Position numbers and translations under genes: made by a program
Shown: piece after piece, positions 52,038-64,000 of the stretch
Position numbering within the stretch: position 1 is the first letter of the stretch
Layout of the letters: the number at the start of each line of letters is the position of its first letter
NCBI GenBank assembly: GCA_965223795.1
Contig: CBDCXL010000002.1
Coordinates: 928,001-992,000 of the forward strand
Length of the DNA: 64,000 bases
Direction: 5' to 3'
From: Nitrospinales bacterium
GTDB taxonomy: Bacteria > Nitrospinota > Nitrospinia > Nitrospinales > VA-1
Notes under the pieces: model-generated
Seen by the model: only the letters and a program-made list of their open reading frames with translations
The model's database searches: none
What the model was told of the DNA's origin: nothing

Positions 52038-54218
52038 CTACGGTCCGTTCAGGGTGTATGTTTTCCGGTCCTCGATCAATGTCAGGACCTGGTCCGGATC
52101 GGTTGTCGGGAATTTACAGATGCTATTCTCGCACACATAGACCGTGGTTTCTTCTTTAAGTGAGAGTTTTCCTGAAAAAATCGCAAACCGACTCTGTGCA
52201 CCATTGGGCACATATCCGAGTATCTTGTTGGGAAAAAACCCGGTTCGGATTATTTTGAGAATTTTGTTTTTTTCCGGAGAGTGGGCCGGTCCGACCACCA
52301 CGATCTCCTTGGCGCGGTCGAGGTAATAATCGAGAGCCAAAAGCATCTGCGCGTGGCCTCTTGGCGTATCGATCACCCGCGCCGCCGCCAGGGTCAGCAC
52401 GGTTGTGGCTTTTTCCTGAAAGTCTTTCTCCAGTGTGAAGCCGTGCAGCCGGATGCCGTTGAGCGCGGCGACGGCGTTGCTGTTGGGCCGGGCGCCGTCG
52501 GCGAAGGTCTTGCCGCGCACGGGCAGATGGTGGGCGTTTTTCTCGGAAAGAAAGTAGCCTCCGGCTTCCGGGTCCCAGAACAGTTCATCCTGTTTTTTCT
52601 GCAGTTTCACGGCCCATTCGAGCCAGGCCGGGTCGAAATCGGATTCGTACAGACGGATCAGCCCCTGGACGAGATAGGCGTAGTCGTCGAGCGGCGCGGG
52701 GTGCCGCGCTTCGCCGTCGCGGTAACGGCGGAGTAATTTCCCTTCGCTGTAAAGATGTTTGGCGATGAAGCGGGCGGCGTTCTGCGCCGCGGCGAGGTAG
52801 CGTGCTTCGCCCAAAACCTGATGCGCGCGCGCGAACGCATCGAGCATGAGTCCGTTCCAGGCGGTGATCACCTTGTCGTCTTTCAAGGGCGGCGGACGCT
52901 GTTTGCGGGCGGCGGTGAGCGCCGCATGCGCGGCGCGGATTTCGGGAGCGCTTTTATCTTTCCAGGCGGCGCTGTTTTTTAAATACAGAACATTCGCCCG
53001 TTTGTTCTCATCGCCGAAATTGCCCTCGCGGGTCACGCCGTAGACTTCGATGAAGCGGCGGTACTGCGCTTCATCCAGGATGGATTTGAGTTCGGCATCG
53101 GTCCAGACGTAATGACGACCTTCCTCGCCTTCGCTGTCGGCGTCCTGGGCGGAATGAAACCCGCCCTCTTCTCCGGTCAGCTCGCGCAGCACGTAATCGA
53201 GCGTGCCGCGCGCCACCGCTTCGAACAGGGGATCGCGCGTGGCCTGAAACGCCTCCAGGTAGACCGACGCCAGCAGGGCCTGGCTGTACAGCATCTTCTC
53301 GAAGTGCGGCGTGCGCCAGGCGCGGTCTATCGTGTACCGGTGAAAGCCGCCGCCAAGATGATCGTACACCGCGCCGCGCGCCATCTGCCTGAGCGTGAAG
53401 ACCACGCTTTCCAGCGGCCGGGCGTCGCCGCTGCGCAGCGCGATGCGCAGCAGCACCTGCAGGCGCAGCGCCGGGGGAAATTTGGGAGCGAGGCCGAAGC
53501 CGCCGTGCTCAGGGTCGAGTTCCCGTTCGTATTTGTGAAACACATCCTGAAACAGCGCGTCCTCGAGCGCGACGCCGCCCGCTTTGATCGCGGCGGATTT
53601 TTCGAGGAACGCCATCACGCTTTTCCCGACGGCGGCGATCTTCTGCGGTTCGTTTTCCCAGGCGGCGGCAAGATCCGTGAGCGTTGCCAGCAGCTGCTCA
53701 CGCGGCAGGTAGGTCGCGCCGAAAAAGGGTATGCGTTCGGGCGTCATGACGACGGTCATGGGCCAGCCGCCGCGGCCGGTCATGGCATTCACCACGCTCA
53801 TGTACATCTGATCCACATCCGGCAGTTCCTCGCGGTCCACCTTGATGCAGATGAAGGCATCGTTGAGCCGCTGCGCCACTTGCGGATCGTCGAACGACTC
53901 GTTCTCCATGACGTGGCACCAGTGGCAGGTGGAATAGCCGATGCTCAAAAAGATCGGCTTGTTCTCGCGGCGGGCGGTCTCGAACGCCAGCGGCCCCCAG
54001 GGAAACCAGTGAATGGGATTTTCGGCGTGCTGCAGCAGGTAGGGGCTTTTCTCATGCACCAGCCGGTTGTAGCGGCGCACGGAATCGGCTTTGTGATGCG
54101 GCGCGGCAAGACCGTCCTTGCCGGCATGGACGGGGTCGGCGCTGAAAAAAACGAGGGCGAGCAGCGCGATCCCGGCCGCGACGGCGGAAAAAGCGGAAAT
54201 GCGTTTGTCGAGTTTCAT
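52038..54218 (-). CDS. Thioredoxin-domain YyaL/SSP411 (DUF255) protein with a signal peptide
   Basis: Likely ATG 54218; [47 protein letters not shown]. Confidence 0.92.
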   Translation of the reverse strand: MKLDKRISAFSAVAAGIALLALVFFSADPVHAGKDGLAAPHHKADSVRRYNRLVHEKSPYLLQHAENPIHWFPWGPLAFETARRENKPIFLSIGYSTCHWCHVMENESFDDPQVAQRLNDAFICIKVDREELPDVDQMYMSVVNAMTGRGGWPMTVVMTPERIPFFGATYLPREQLLATLTDLAAAWENEPQKIAAVGKSVMAFLEKSAAIKAGGVALEDALFQDVFHKYERELDPEHGGFGLAPKFPPALRLQVLLRIALRSGDARPLESVVFTLRQMARGAVYDHLGGGFHRYTIDRAWRTPHFEKMLYSQALLASVYLEAFQATRDPLFEAVARGTLDYVLRELTGEEGGFHSAQDADSEGEEGRHYVWTDAELKSILDEAQYRRFIEVYGVTREGNFGDENKRANVLYLKNSAAWKDKSAPEIRAAHAALTAARKQRPPPLKDDKVITAWNGLMLDAFARAHQVLGEARYLAAAQNAARFIAKHLYSEGKLLRRYRDGEARHPAPLDDYAYLVQGLIRLYESDFDPAWLEWAVKLQKKQDELFWDPEAGGYFLSEKNAHHLPVRGKTFADGARPNSNAVAALNGIRLHGFTLEKDFQEKATTVLTLAAARVIDTPRGHAQMLLALDYYLDRAKEIVVVGPAHSPEKNKILKIIRTGFFPNKILGYVPNGAQSRFAIFSGKLSLKEETTVYVCENSICKFPTTDPDQVLTLIEDRKTYTLNGP

Positions 54219-54283
54219 GGGTCCTGCCCTTCGATCGGCGCACGGTGTGCGGCGCGCAACACATTCTAGCCCGAACAGGCTTG

Positions 54284-54722
54284 CTATAGATGCTCGATGA
54301 TCAGCCTGCCGGAACGCAGGGATTTCAGCTTTTCCGCGATCGGGGTGCGATGGCAATGGCTGTGGTCTTTTTCCAGGCACAACAGCACCGCACCGCCGGG
54401 TTCGATCCACTCAGACACCCGGCGCACCGCGTCCTCCTGCCCGGCGAGATGCCGCGCATAATGATCCAGAAACGCCGCGTAATCCTTGCGGTCGTGGAAG
54501 CGGCGGCGGATTTCGGGCGGAGCTCCCAATTCCTTGACGTTGACGTATTCTATCTTTTTTTCCGCCAGCGCCGCAGCCAGAATATTTTTGGAAAATCCCT
54601 TTTTGCGGCTGATCGGGCGTTCGCGCACATCGACGACGAGGCGGATGCCTGCTTTTTTCAGGTCGCGGACAAAGGTTTCGATGTCATGGCCTTCGTAGCC
54701 GATCGTGTGCAGCACGGGCTTT

Positions 54723-54736
<14 letters not shown>
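54284..54736 (-). CDS. DUF488 family protein
   Basis: [30 protein letters not shown]...CHR; ATG 54736 overlaps the ABC-F 3' end. Confidence 0.88.
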
Positions 54737-56687
<1,951 letters not shown>

Positions 56688-56743
56688 GCGGGCAGGATAG
56701 CAGAACCGGGCGGCGGGTTACGCATTTTTCACGGCGGACCGGC

Positions 56744-57727
56744 TCACGTCCGGTGCTCCCTGAGCTTGGGATTGAAGGCCTCGCGCAGGCCCTCGCCGCA
56801 CAGGTTGAACGCCAGCACGACGCCGAAGATGGTGAAACCGGGGATGAAGGTGAGCCAGGGCGCGTCGAAGATGAACTGGCGGCCGTCGGCGAGGATGTTG
56901 CCCCAGGTGGCGTCCGGCGGCTGCACGCCGAAGCCGAGGAAGCTCAGGGCCGACTCGGTGAGGATGGCGGTGGCGACGCCGATGGTGGCGGACACGAGCA
57001 CCGGCGCGATGGCGTTGGGCACCATGTGGATGAAGATGATGCGCCATTCGGGAATGGCCTGACTGCGCGCCGCGGCGACGAAGTCCTGCTCGCGCAGGGA
57101 CAGAAACTCCGCGCGCACGAAGCGCGCCGTGCCCATCCAGCTGGTGAGTCCGATCACGATCATGATGTTGTAGATGCTGGGCGGCAGCAGCGCCACCACG
57201 GTGAGGATGAGAAAGAACGCCGGGAAGCACAGCATGATGTCGACGAAACGCATGATGAGGGTGTCGACGGTGATGAACCCGAGTTTCACGCGGCCGTAAA
57301 ACCCGGCGAGCCCGCCGAGGATCACGCCCACGGTCACCATGATGCCGACGGCGACGAAGCCGACGGTGAGCGATACGGACGTGCCTTCGAGCATGCGCGC
57401 GAACACGTCGCGGCCCAGCTCGTCGGTGCCCATGAGGTAGATGCCGAACACGGGCGCGTCCTGCTCGGGCACGAGACCGCCGGTGAATTTCGACAGCGGC
57501 GGCTTGAATTTCTCGGACAGGCGCACGGTGTGCGGATCGAACACGGTGACGGTGCGGGTCAGTACCTTGCCCACGACCGCGAGCGCGAGAAAGCCGATGA
57601 GAAACCAGAAACTCGTGTAGGCGATGCGGTTGCGCTTGAATATCTGCCAGCGTTCCTGAAACAGGCTCATCTGCGGTTTCAGGGCATCGGCTTCGAGGCT
57701 GCGGGCTTCGCTGTTCACGGTCGTCAC
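56744..57727 (-). CDS. Peptide/nickel ABC transporter permease (OppC/DppC-like)
   Basis: GTDELGRDV, ARFVRAEFLSLREQDFVAAA, ESALSFLGFG, FNLCGEGLREAFNP. Confidence 0.92.
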   Translation of the reverse strand: MTTVNSEARSLEADALKPQMSLFQERWQIFKRNRIAYTSFWFLIGFLALAVVGKVLTRTVTVFDPHTVRLSEKFKPPLSKFTGGLVPEQDAPVFGIYLMGTDELGRDVFARMLEGTSVSLTVGFVAVGIMVTVGVILGGLAGFYGRVKLGFITVDTLIMRFVDIMLCFPAFFLILTVVALLPPSIYNIMIVIGLTSWMGTARFVRAEFLSLREQDFVAAARSQAIPEWRIIFIHMVPNAIAPVLVSATIGVATAILTESALSFLGFGVQPPDATWGNILADGRQFIFDAPWLTFIPGFTIFGVVLAFNLCGEGLREAFNPKLREHRT

Positions 57728-57728
57728 C

Positions 57729-58688
57729 TCACAGTTTGATGCGCGGGTCCGCGACGGCGTACAACACGTCGGAGATCAGCGTGCCCACCAGAACGAGGAT
57801 GGCGGCGATGAAGTTGAGCGTCAGGATGACCGGGAAATCCCGCGCCAGGATCGCCTCGTAGCCGAGCTTGCCGAGACCGGGCCAGGCGAAGATGGTCTCG
57901 AAAATCACCGAGCCGCCGATGAGGCTGGGGATGGTGAGCCCGAACAGGGTGATGAAGGTGAGCAGCGCGTTTCTCAGTCCGTGCTTGTAGATCACCACGT
58001 CGTGCGACAGGCCCTTGGCGCGGGCGGTGCGCATGTAATCCTGGTTGATGACCTCGAGCATCTGCGAGCGCACGTAGCGGGACAGCACGGCGGTGCCGGC
58101 GACGGCGGACATGATGGCCGGGATGGTGAGGTGCCACAGCCGGTCCATCGCTTGCATCACCAGCGCGGAATTTTCCAGGCCGATGGTGCGCATGCCGATC
58201 ACGGGCACGTCGAAGGTCTGCACCATGTAGATGATGACGATGTAGGAAAGAAAAAATCCGGGAATGGAAATCAGCGCGTAGGACAACAGCGTGCCTGTGT
58301 GATCGAGGATCGAACCGCGATGCACCGCGCCCTGGATGCCGACGGGAAAGGCCAGCAGCCAGGTGATGAGCGTGCCGAGAACAAACAGCGGCAGGGAATT
58401 GAGAAAGCGGTCCCAGATTTTTTCCAGCACGGGCTGGCCGTCCTTGAAGGATTTGAGCTCGCCGGTGAACAGGTCGCGCATCCAGTACAGGTACTGCACG
58501 GTGAGCGGTTCGTCGAGGTGGAATGCGGTGCGGATGCGCTGGATGTCCTCGGGCTTGAGCATGGGGTTGGACGGATCGACGAGGCTCGGTTCGCCCGGCG
58601 CCAGGTGCACGATGGTGTGGGAGATGATCGAGATGAAGAACAGCAGGATGATCTTCTGCCCGATGTTTCTGAGGATGAAATTGGTCAT
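57729..58688 (-). CDS. Peptide/nickel ABC transporter permease (OppB/DppB-like)
   Basis: RYVRSQMLEV.QDYMRTARAKG, GSVIFETIFAWPGLG, DPRI. Confidence 0.92.
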   Translation of the reverse strand: MTNFILRNIGQKIILLFFISIISHTIVHLAPGEPSLVDPSNPMLKPEDIQRIRTAFHLDEPLTVQYLYWMRDLFTGELKSFKDGQPVLEKIWDRFLNSLPLFVLGTLITWLLAFPVGIQGAVHRGSILDHTGTLLSYALISIPGFFLSYIVIIYMVQTFDVPVIGMRTIGLENSALVMQAMDRLWHLTIPAIMSAVAGTAVLSRYVRSQMLEVINQDYMRTARAKGLSHDVVIYKHGLRNALLTFITLFGLTIPSLIGGSVIFETIFAWPGLGKLGYEAILARDFPVILTLNFIAAILVLVGTLISDVLYAVADPRIKL

Positions 58689-58744
58689 CGCATTGGCTCA
58701 CCCTTTGACAGAGTGTGCCCTCGTACACGGAGCGAAATTTTAAG

Positions 58745-58773
58745 TGTCACCCTTCGACAGGCTCAGGGTGACA
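58745..58773. repeat. REP-like palindrome TGTCACCCT-TCGACAGGCTC-AGGGTGACA
   Basis: Perfect 9-bp inverted repeat around a CTTCGACAGGCTCAG core, a motif I recognise as a dispersed intergenic repeat in other bacteria; single copy in this window. Confidence 0.6.
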
Positions 58774-58928
58774 GAAATGATTCTTCGCTTGCCCGTTTGA
58801 ACTTACCTGTCCCTTCCTTGCAACCCGGCGCGTATCTTCGCTATACTCCTTGCGGGTTTGCGCGCTTTTAAACTCACGCGCAGGCGAATTCAAAACCATA
58901 CACCCGGCTGCCAACCAGCTTTTATCAT

Positions 58929-59678
58929 ATGGACATTTTACAACTCAGTCACTATCTGGACAATCTGCTGGACATCCGCGCCATCAAGGATGCGCCCAAC
59001 GCCGTGAACGGCCTGCAGGTGCAGAACGCCGGCGAGATTCAAAAGGTCGGCCTGGCGGTGGATGTGTGTGCGGCCACGATCGCCCTGGCCGCCGAAAAGA
59101 AGTGTAACATGCTCTTTGTGCACCACGGACTATTTTGGGGCGGGCTGCAGCCGATCCGGGGAACCTATTACGAAAAACTGGCGGCGCTGATTCAGGCCAA
59201 CCTGGGGCTGTACGCAGCGCACATCCCGCTCGACATGCACCCGGTTTTGGGCAACAACAAAACGCTGGCCGACGCGATCGGCCTCTCGAAACTCAAGCCG
59301 TTCGGCGAATACGAAGGCCAGAAGATCGGGCTGAAGGGCGAGATCGACCCGCAGAGCGCCGAGGCGCTGGGGAAAAAGCTGGAAAAAAGACTGGGCTCGC
59401 CGGTGCGCGTCATCGGTCACCGCGAGGTGCGCACGGTGGGGCTGGTGACCGGCGGCGCGGCGGACATCTTAAGGCAGGCGCAGCGCGAACCGCTGGACTG
59501 CTACATCACCGGCGAGGGCTCCAACCATCATTTCCACGAGGCGATGGAGGGCGACTGCGTCCTCATGCTGGCCGGGCACTACGCCACCGAGACCGGCGGC
59601 GTGCGCGCGGTGGGCCGTCACCTGGAAGAAAAGTTCAACCTGGAGACGGCCTTTCTCGATTACCCGACGGGCCTGTGA
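58929..59678 (+). CDS. Nif3/YbgI-like dinuclear metal protein (DUF34)
   Basis: NGLQV, HHGLFW, AHIPLDMHP.LGNN, ITGE, AGHYATE. Confidence 0.93.
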   Translation: MDILQLSHYLDNLLDIRAIKDAPNAVNGLQVQNAGEIQKVGLAVDVCAATIALAAEKKCNMLFVHHGLFWGGLQPIRGTYYEKLAALIQANLGLYAAHIPLDMHPVLGNNKTLADAIGLSKLKPFGEYEGQKIGLKGEIDPQSAEALGKKLEKRLGSPVRVIGHREVRTVGLVTGGAADILRQAQREPLDCYITGEGSNHHFHEAMEGDCVLMLAGHYATETGGVRAVGRHLEEKFNLETAFLDYPTGL

Positions 59679-59684
59679 CGCGCG

Positions 59685-60101
59685 TCAGTGCCCGATCTCG
59701 ATGTTGGTGACGGAATGTTCCCACTTGTCAAAGGCGTTGCTCGCGCCGAACAGCAACGGGTAGACGTGGTCCGCGGTGTGGTACACAACGCAGTTGTCGT
59801 GCCCTTCGTGCCAGCCCAGCCGGTAATCGGACTGCGAGGCGTACTGGCTCTCGTCCTTGATGAATCCGTAGCGGGGATTGTTGGCGTCCGCGTGGCCGCT
59901 GTCGCAGCCGTCGCGGAAGCCGCGCTTGAACTCGACGGATTTGCTGGCGCTGACTTTGCGGCTGACTTCTTCGAGCGTGGTGGCTTTAGGCCCGCGCTCG
60001 AACAGGGGAGATCCGGCGTAAAAAGGTTCGTAGGTGGTGCAGCCGGAAACGGCGACGGCAAGGCACAGGAAGGCCCACCGCCAAGAGGATGCATTGAACA
60101 T
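59685..60101 (-). CDS. Hypothetical lipoprotein
   Basis: AAGGAG SD; lipobox VSGC; FKRGFRDGCDSG...YRLGWHEGHDNC. Confidence 0.72.
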   Translation of the reverse strand: MFNASSWRWAFLCLAVAVSGCTTYEPFYAGSPLFERGPKATTLEEVSRKVSASKSVEFKRGFRDGCDSGHADANNPRYGFIKDESQYASQSDYRLGWHEGHDNCVVYHTADHVYPLLFGASNAFDKWEHSVTNIEIGH

Positions 60102-60184
60102 GGTTCACTCCTTCAACCTGCGGAAGCGCCCCGTTTGCGTGCGGTCCGCTCCCTATCCTCCTGCGCTGCCCCGGCCCCCCAGGG

Positions 60185-61009
60185 TTAAAACGAAAATCGG
60201 TATTTCTGAAACAGCTCCGGCGTGACCACGGTGGCCCCTTCCTTGCGCACTTCCTGCTCGATGCGCTTGATCGCCATGTCGCGGATGAAGGGGATGGGGA
60301 TGCGCATGACTTTTTTCAGCGCTTCCTCCTGCCATTCCAGGCCCAGTTCGGGCGGCTTTTCCTTTTCTTTTTCGATCTGCTCGTCGCGCTTCAGATCCTC
60401 TTCGGTGACTTCCATGCCCATCGCTTCCTTGGCGGAGGCGGGCATGATGTTGGTGAACACCTCCTCGATGATTCCGGGGTTCACCATCTTGTCGCCGCGT
60501 TCGCGGGCGCGCGCCTCGATGGTCTGCTTGGCCATGCCGAGCACGAAGGGCGGCACCTTCTCCATTTTCGCGAGCGCTTCCTTGCTCCAGGGCATGCCGG
60601 AAGTGGGCGCGACGTCCATGTAGTTTTTGAATTTGTCGATGATGTCGTCTTTCTTCTCGGTGCGCAGCGCGAGAAAGTCCTGGATCTCTTCGATCACTTC
60701 GACCTTGCGCGGACTTTCTTTCATCTTCTCTTTCGCTTCCTCGAACGCGCCCATCGACAGCTCTTCGAAACCGAACTGTTTGACGCGCTTGGAGACCAGC
60801 ATCATCGATTCGTTTCTGATTTCCGTCAGAAAGTCGGACTTGATGAATTTGTAACCGCGCTTGACGGCGCGCTGCACCATGAGCTTCTTGATGCCGGGAC
60901 GCACGAATTCGGGAGCGTGCTTGATCCGGTCCCAGGCTTCCTGGGTCCAGACGACGCCGTTCTCGTCGGCGTAAGGATGTTCGATGCCCTCAATCTGCAA
61001 GCTTTTCAT
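60185..61009 (-). CDS. Protein with three PCP_red (protochlorophyllide reductase 57-kDa C-terminal-like) domains
   Basis: Three WxxEAxxxxxxxPxFVxxxxxxxxExxAxxxG units. Start set at ATG 61009 because the TTG at 61060 overlaps a predicted -10. Confidence 0.8.
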   Translation of the reverse strand: MKSLQIEGIEHPYADENGVVWTQEAWDRIKHAPEFVRPGIKKLMVQRAVKRGYKFIKSDFLTEIRNESMMLVSKRVKQFGFEELSMGAFEEAKEKMKESPRKVEVIEEIQDFLALRTEKKDDIIDKFKNYMDVAPTSGMPWSKEALAKMEKVPPFVLGMAKQTIEARARERGDKMVNPGIIEEVFTNIMPASAKEAMGMEVTEEDLKRDEQIEKEKEKPPELGLEWQEEALKKVMRIPIPFIRDMAIKRIEQEVRKEGATVVTPELFQKYRFSF

Positions 61010-61059
61010 GGGTTTCGACGGAGCCGGGACCCCGTTTGTCTGTTGGATTTTTCCCTTCA

Positions 61060-61088
61060 AACCTACTGGATGCGGCTGGGGTTGTCAA
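61060..61088 (-). promoter_or_regulatory. Sigma70 promoter of the PCP_red gene
   Basis: TTGACA-N17-TAGGTT on the minus strand. Confidence 0.6.
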
Positions 61089-61138
61089 TCCTTTTGCAGG
61101 GTTTTAAAAGCCGCCCGCATGTTGTATAAATGTTTAAA

Positions 61139-64000
61139 ATGAAACGACCCCCAATCATTTATTTCCTGTTTTTCCTGTCGGGAATCACGGCGCTGGTCTA
61201 CGAGATCGTCTGGACGCGCATGTTGACACTGGTTTTCGGGCACACGGTGTTCTCCGTCTCGGTGGTGCTGGCGGCGTTCATGGCGGGCCTGGGAACCGGC
61301 AGCTATCTGTTCGGGCACGCGATCGACACGCTTTCGGCACGGCGGGGCGCGGCGCCGGGCAGCACGGCGCAAACGGCGGAAAATGAATCCGGACCGGCGC
61401 CAGTGTCGCTTCTGGTATATGGGTGGATCGAAATCGGTGTGTTTGTGCTGTGCGCGCTGCTTTCGCTGTTACTGGCGAATTTTTCCGCGTTTTACTCGTG
61501 GATCCATATCTGGCTTCCGGAATCGGCGGCCGTTCAGAACGCGGTGAAGGCGATTCTGGCGTTTGCGTTCATTTTCGTGCCGACCACGCTGATGGGCGCG
61601 ACGCTCCCCATCATCACCAAATACTATGTGACGGACAATTCCAGGTTGGGCACGCAGGTGGGGATTCTCTACGGCATCAACACGCTGGGCGCGGCGCTGG
61701 GCTGCCTGCTCACGGGGTTCATGCTGATCAGCCTGCTGGGCGTGCTGCAGACGGTGCTGCTGACGGCCTGCGTGAACCTGTTCATCGGCATCAGCGCGAT
61801 CCGCGTTTACCAGGACACGGGCGGCACGGAATTGAGGCCGTCCTTTTCCGGCTTCAGCCTGCCGCGATTCGATTTCAGCCGCGAGCAGAAAACCTGGATG
61901 GCGATCAGCTTTCTGTGCGGGTTTTCGGCGCTGGCTTACGAGGTGGTGTGGACGCGGCTTCTGGTGTTCAGCATTTCCAGCACGGTGTACTCGTTCAGCA
62001 TGATGCTGGCGGTGTTTCTTCTGGGGATCGTGCTGGGCAGCGTGCTCGCGGTGCCGGTGATCCGCAAGGTGAGGGAGCTGCGCTCGGCGCTCATCGTGCT
62101 GCAGGCCGGGGCCGGGCTGTTCGTGATCGGCTCGCTGTTCAACATGAACGCGCTGCTGTCGCCGCCGTGGAACAGCTACCGCCTGACCGACGCTGCCTAC
62201 ACGCTGCTGCAGTATTTCAAGGATTCCTCCAGCCTGATGCTGATCCCGACGATCCTGCTCGGCATGAGTTTTCCCATCCTCATCAAGCTGGTTTCGGGCG
62301 GCCACGAGCACGTCGGCCGGGGCACCGGCCAGATCTACGCGTCGAACACGCTGGGAGCCATTCTGGGATCGCTGATGATGGGATTTTTGATCCTGCCCGG
62401 CCTCGGCAGCCAGATCAGCCTGATGTTGATCGCCGCACTCAACCTGACCGCGGCGCTGGTGCTGTTCGTCACCGGCCCCTATCTGAGCGCCGGCGCGCGC
62501 AAAGGCATGACGGCGGCGGGAATGGCGGTGGTGCTGTTTCTGTTCATCGCCACGCCCAAGGACCTTCTGAATTCGTTTTTCATGCGCGACAGCGCCGGCA
62601 AGCGCAATCTGACCAAGCTCATGTACTTCGAGGAAGGGCTGACGGACACGGTCGCCGTGTTCAAGGACGAATACGGCCTGATCGACCCGGAGGCGAAACG
62701 GCTGATCACCAACGGCATCTCCATGTCGGCTTCGAACGTCGTCGCCTCGCGTTACATGAAACTGTTCGCGCACGTTCCCATCCTGCTGGTCGATTCTCCC
62801 GACGACGTGCTGGTGGTGTGCTTCGGCACCGGCCAGACCACGGGCGCGGCGGGCATCCATCCCGACGTCAAGACGGTGGACAGCCTGGAGCTTTCCGCAA
62901 GCGTGATCCGCGCGGGCACCGTGTTCGCGAAAGAGAACCACGACGTGCTCAACAACCCGAAGGTGAACATCGTGCTGCAGGACGGGCGCAACCACCTTTT
63001 GACCACGAAAAAGCGCTACGACGTCATCACCTCCGAACCGCCGCCGCCGCGGACGGCGTTCACGGTCAACCTGTACACGCAGGAATATTACGAGCTGGCG
63101 AAACAGCGCCTCAAGCCGGGCGGCATCGTGGCGCAGTGGATTCCGCTGCACAGCCAGGGGGACAGGGAAGTGGCGATGCACTTTAAAACCTTCCTGTCGG
63201 TGTTTCCGCATGCGGTGGCGTGGATGTCGGTGGCGAACGAAATCCTCATCATCGGCTCGGACCGGCCGATCCGGTTCGACCTGGAACGTCTCAGGCAACG
63301 CATGCAGGTCCCCGTCGTGAAACAGGCGCTCGAGGAAATCGAAATCCACGGCGCGCTGTCGCTGCTCGGCAACGTGTGGCTGCTGGAAGAGCAGATGCAG
63401 GCGCTGGCCGCCGGGCATCCCGTCATCACCGACAACCGGCCGCACATCGAATTCTATCTCGACCTGGGCGAGGCGATCGGCATCGACGGACGCGAACGCT
63501 ACGTGTTCAACCGGGTGCCGTTCGCGGATCTCGCGGCCCGCATCACGCCCTTGAGCCACGCCGACCGCAAGCGCCTGCAGGAGCAGTACCGGATGATGGA
63601 CCTGTACCAGCGCGGGGTTATGTACGGCAACCGCGGCCAGCTTCTCAAGGCCATGCAACTGGCGCAGGAAAACAGCCTGATCCGCTACCACCTGCAGGCG
63701 GGCGAAACCCAGGTGGCGCGGCTGATCGAGGAGATCGAGGCGGACCCGGAAAACACCGAAGCGTTGATGAACCTGGGGCACACTTATTACCAGGTCGGCG
63801 AACACGAAAAAAGCATCGCCATCTTCGACCGCGTTCTGGAAAAGCAGCCCGGCCACCTGTACGCGACCTTGTACAAGGCCCAGAGCCTGTTAGAGCAGGG
63901 CAAAGGCGCGGAGGCCAAGCGGTATTTTGAAGCGGTGGCGAAAAAGGACCCGCGTCAGATCCGCGCCGTCATGCGCGACATCGGCCTCATCGAACTGTTG
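61139..64000 (+). CDS. Fused multi-TM / spermidine-synthase-like protein with C-terminal TPR (3' end runs off the window)
   Basis: Hand-translated: MKRPPIIYFLFFLSGITALVYEIVWTRML...; second unit ALAYEVVWTRLL; VLVVCFGTGQT, DGRNHL, YDVITSEPP, QWIP, ITDNRP; TPR-like end. Confidence 0.88.
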   Translation, partial: MKRPPIIYFLFFLSGITALVYEIVWTRMLTLVFGHTVFSVSVVLAAFMAGLGTGSYLFGHAIDTLSARRGAAPGSTAQTAENESGPAPVSLLVYGWIEIGVFVLCALLSLLLANFSAFYSWIHIWLPESAAVQNAVKAILAFAFIFVPTTLMGATLPIITKYYVTDNSRLGTQVGILYGINTLGAALGCLLTGFMLISLLGVLQTVLLTACVNLFIGISAIRVYQDTGGTELRPSFSGFSLPRFDFSREQKTWMAISFLCGFSALAYEVVWTRLLVFSISSTVYSFSMMLAVFLLGIVLGSVLAVPVIRKVRELRSALIVLQAGAGLFVIGSLFNMNALLSPPWNSYRLTDAAYTLLQYFKDSSSLMLIPTILLGMSFPILIKLVSGGHEHVGRGTGQIYASNTLGAILGSLMMGFLILPGLGSQISLMLIAALNLTAALVLFVTGPYLSAGARKGMTAAGMAVVLFLFIATPKDLLNSFFMRDSAGKRNLTKLMYFEEGLTDTVAVFKDEYGLIDPEAKRLITNGISMSASNVVASRYMKLFAHVPILLVDSPDDVLVVCFGTGQTTGAAGIHPDVKTVDSLELSASVIRAGTVFAKENHDVLNNPKVNIVLQDGRNHLLTTKKRYDVITSEPPPPRTAFTVNLYTQEYYELAKQRLKPGGIVAQWIPLHSQGDREVAMHFKTFLSVFPHAVAWMSVANEILIIGSDRPIRFDLERLRQRMQVPVVKQALEEIEIHGALSLLGNVWLLEEQMQALAAGHPVITDNRPHIEFYLDLGEAIGIDGRERYVFNRVPFADLAARITPLSHADRKRLQEQYRMMDLYQRGVMYGNRGQLLKAMQLAQENSLIRYHLQAGETQVARLIEEIEADPENTEALMNLGHTYYQVGEHEKSIAIFDRVLEKQPGHLYATLYKAQSLLEQGKGAEAKRYFEAVAKKDPRQIRAVMRDIGLIELL

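Overview
High-GC, densely coding bacterial chromosome segment made mostly of housekeeping genes. Gene content and protein style suggest Nitrospinota or a deltaproteobacteria-like lineage (inference only, not a database result). Left to right: pstA/C/S phosphate ABC genes; a J-domain gene coupled to a ~19-repeat Sel1 gene; a methyltransferase; TPR and FGE-fold lipoproteins; class II B12-dependent ribonucleotide reductase nrdJ with tandem NrdR boxes; a transglutaminase-like protein; guaBA; an AT-rich RES-domain islet at the guaA 3' end; smr, aldolase-SDR and GT-C genes; purSQLF; UPF0182; a thioredoxin-fold protein; two radical-SAM-fold genes; mpl; a HAD phosphatase; an MBL-fold protein; a PfkB kinase; dacB; pepF; valS; a RomR-like response regulator; a PHP-fold membrane protein; YyaL; DUF488; an ABC-F ATPase; two peptide ABC permeases; Nif3; a triple PCP_red-domain protein; and a membrane spermidine-synthase-like gene truncated by the window edge. 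I saw no rRNA, tRNA, CRISPR array, integrase or transposase. Best leads: (1) an orphan RES-domain gene bracketed by a 10-bp direct repeat of the guaA 3' end; (2) two apparent pseudoenzymes, a radical-SAM fold with no Fe-S motif and a PHP fold with its metal-binding His residues replaced; (3) a RomR/PopZ-like acidic scaffold beside valS; (4) a J-domain/Sel1 module; (5) a (TA)7 tract in the pst promoter; (6) several apparently leaderless promoters. No complete, clearly new multi-gene system can be proven from sequence alone.
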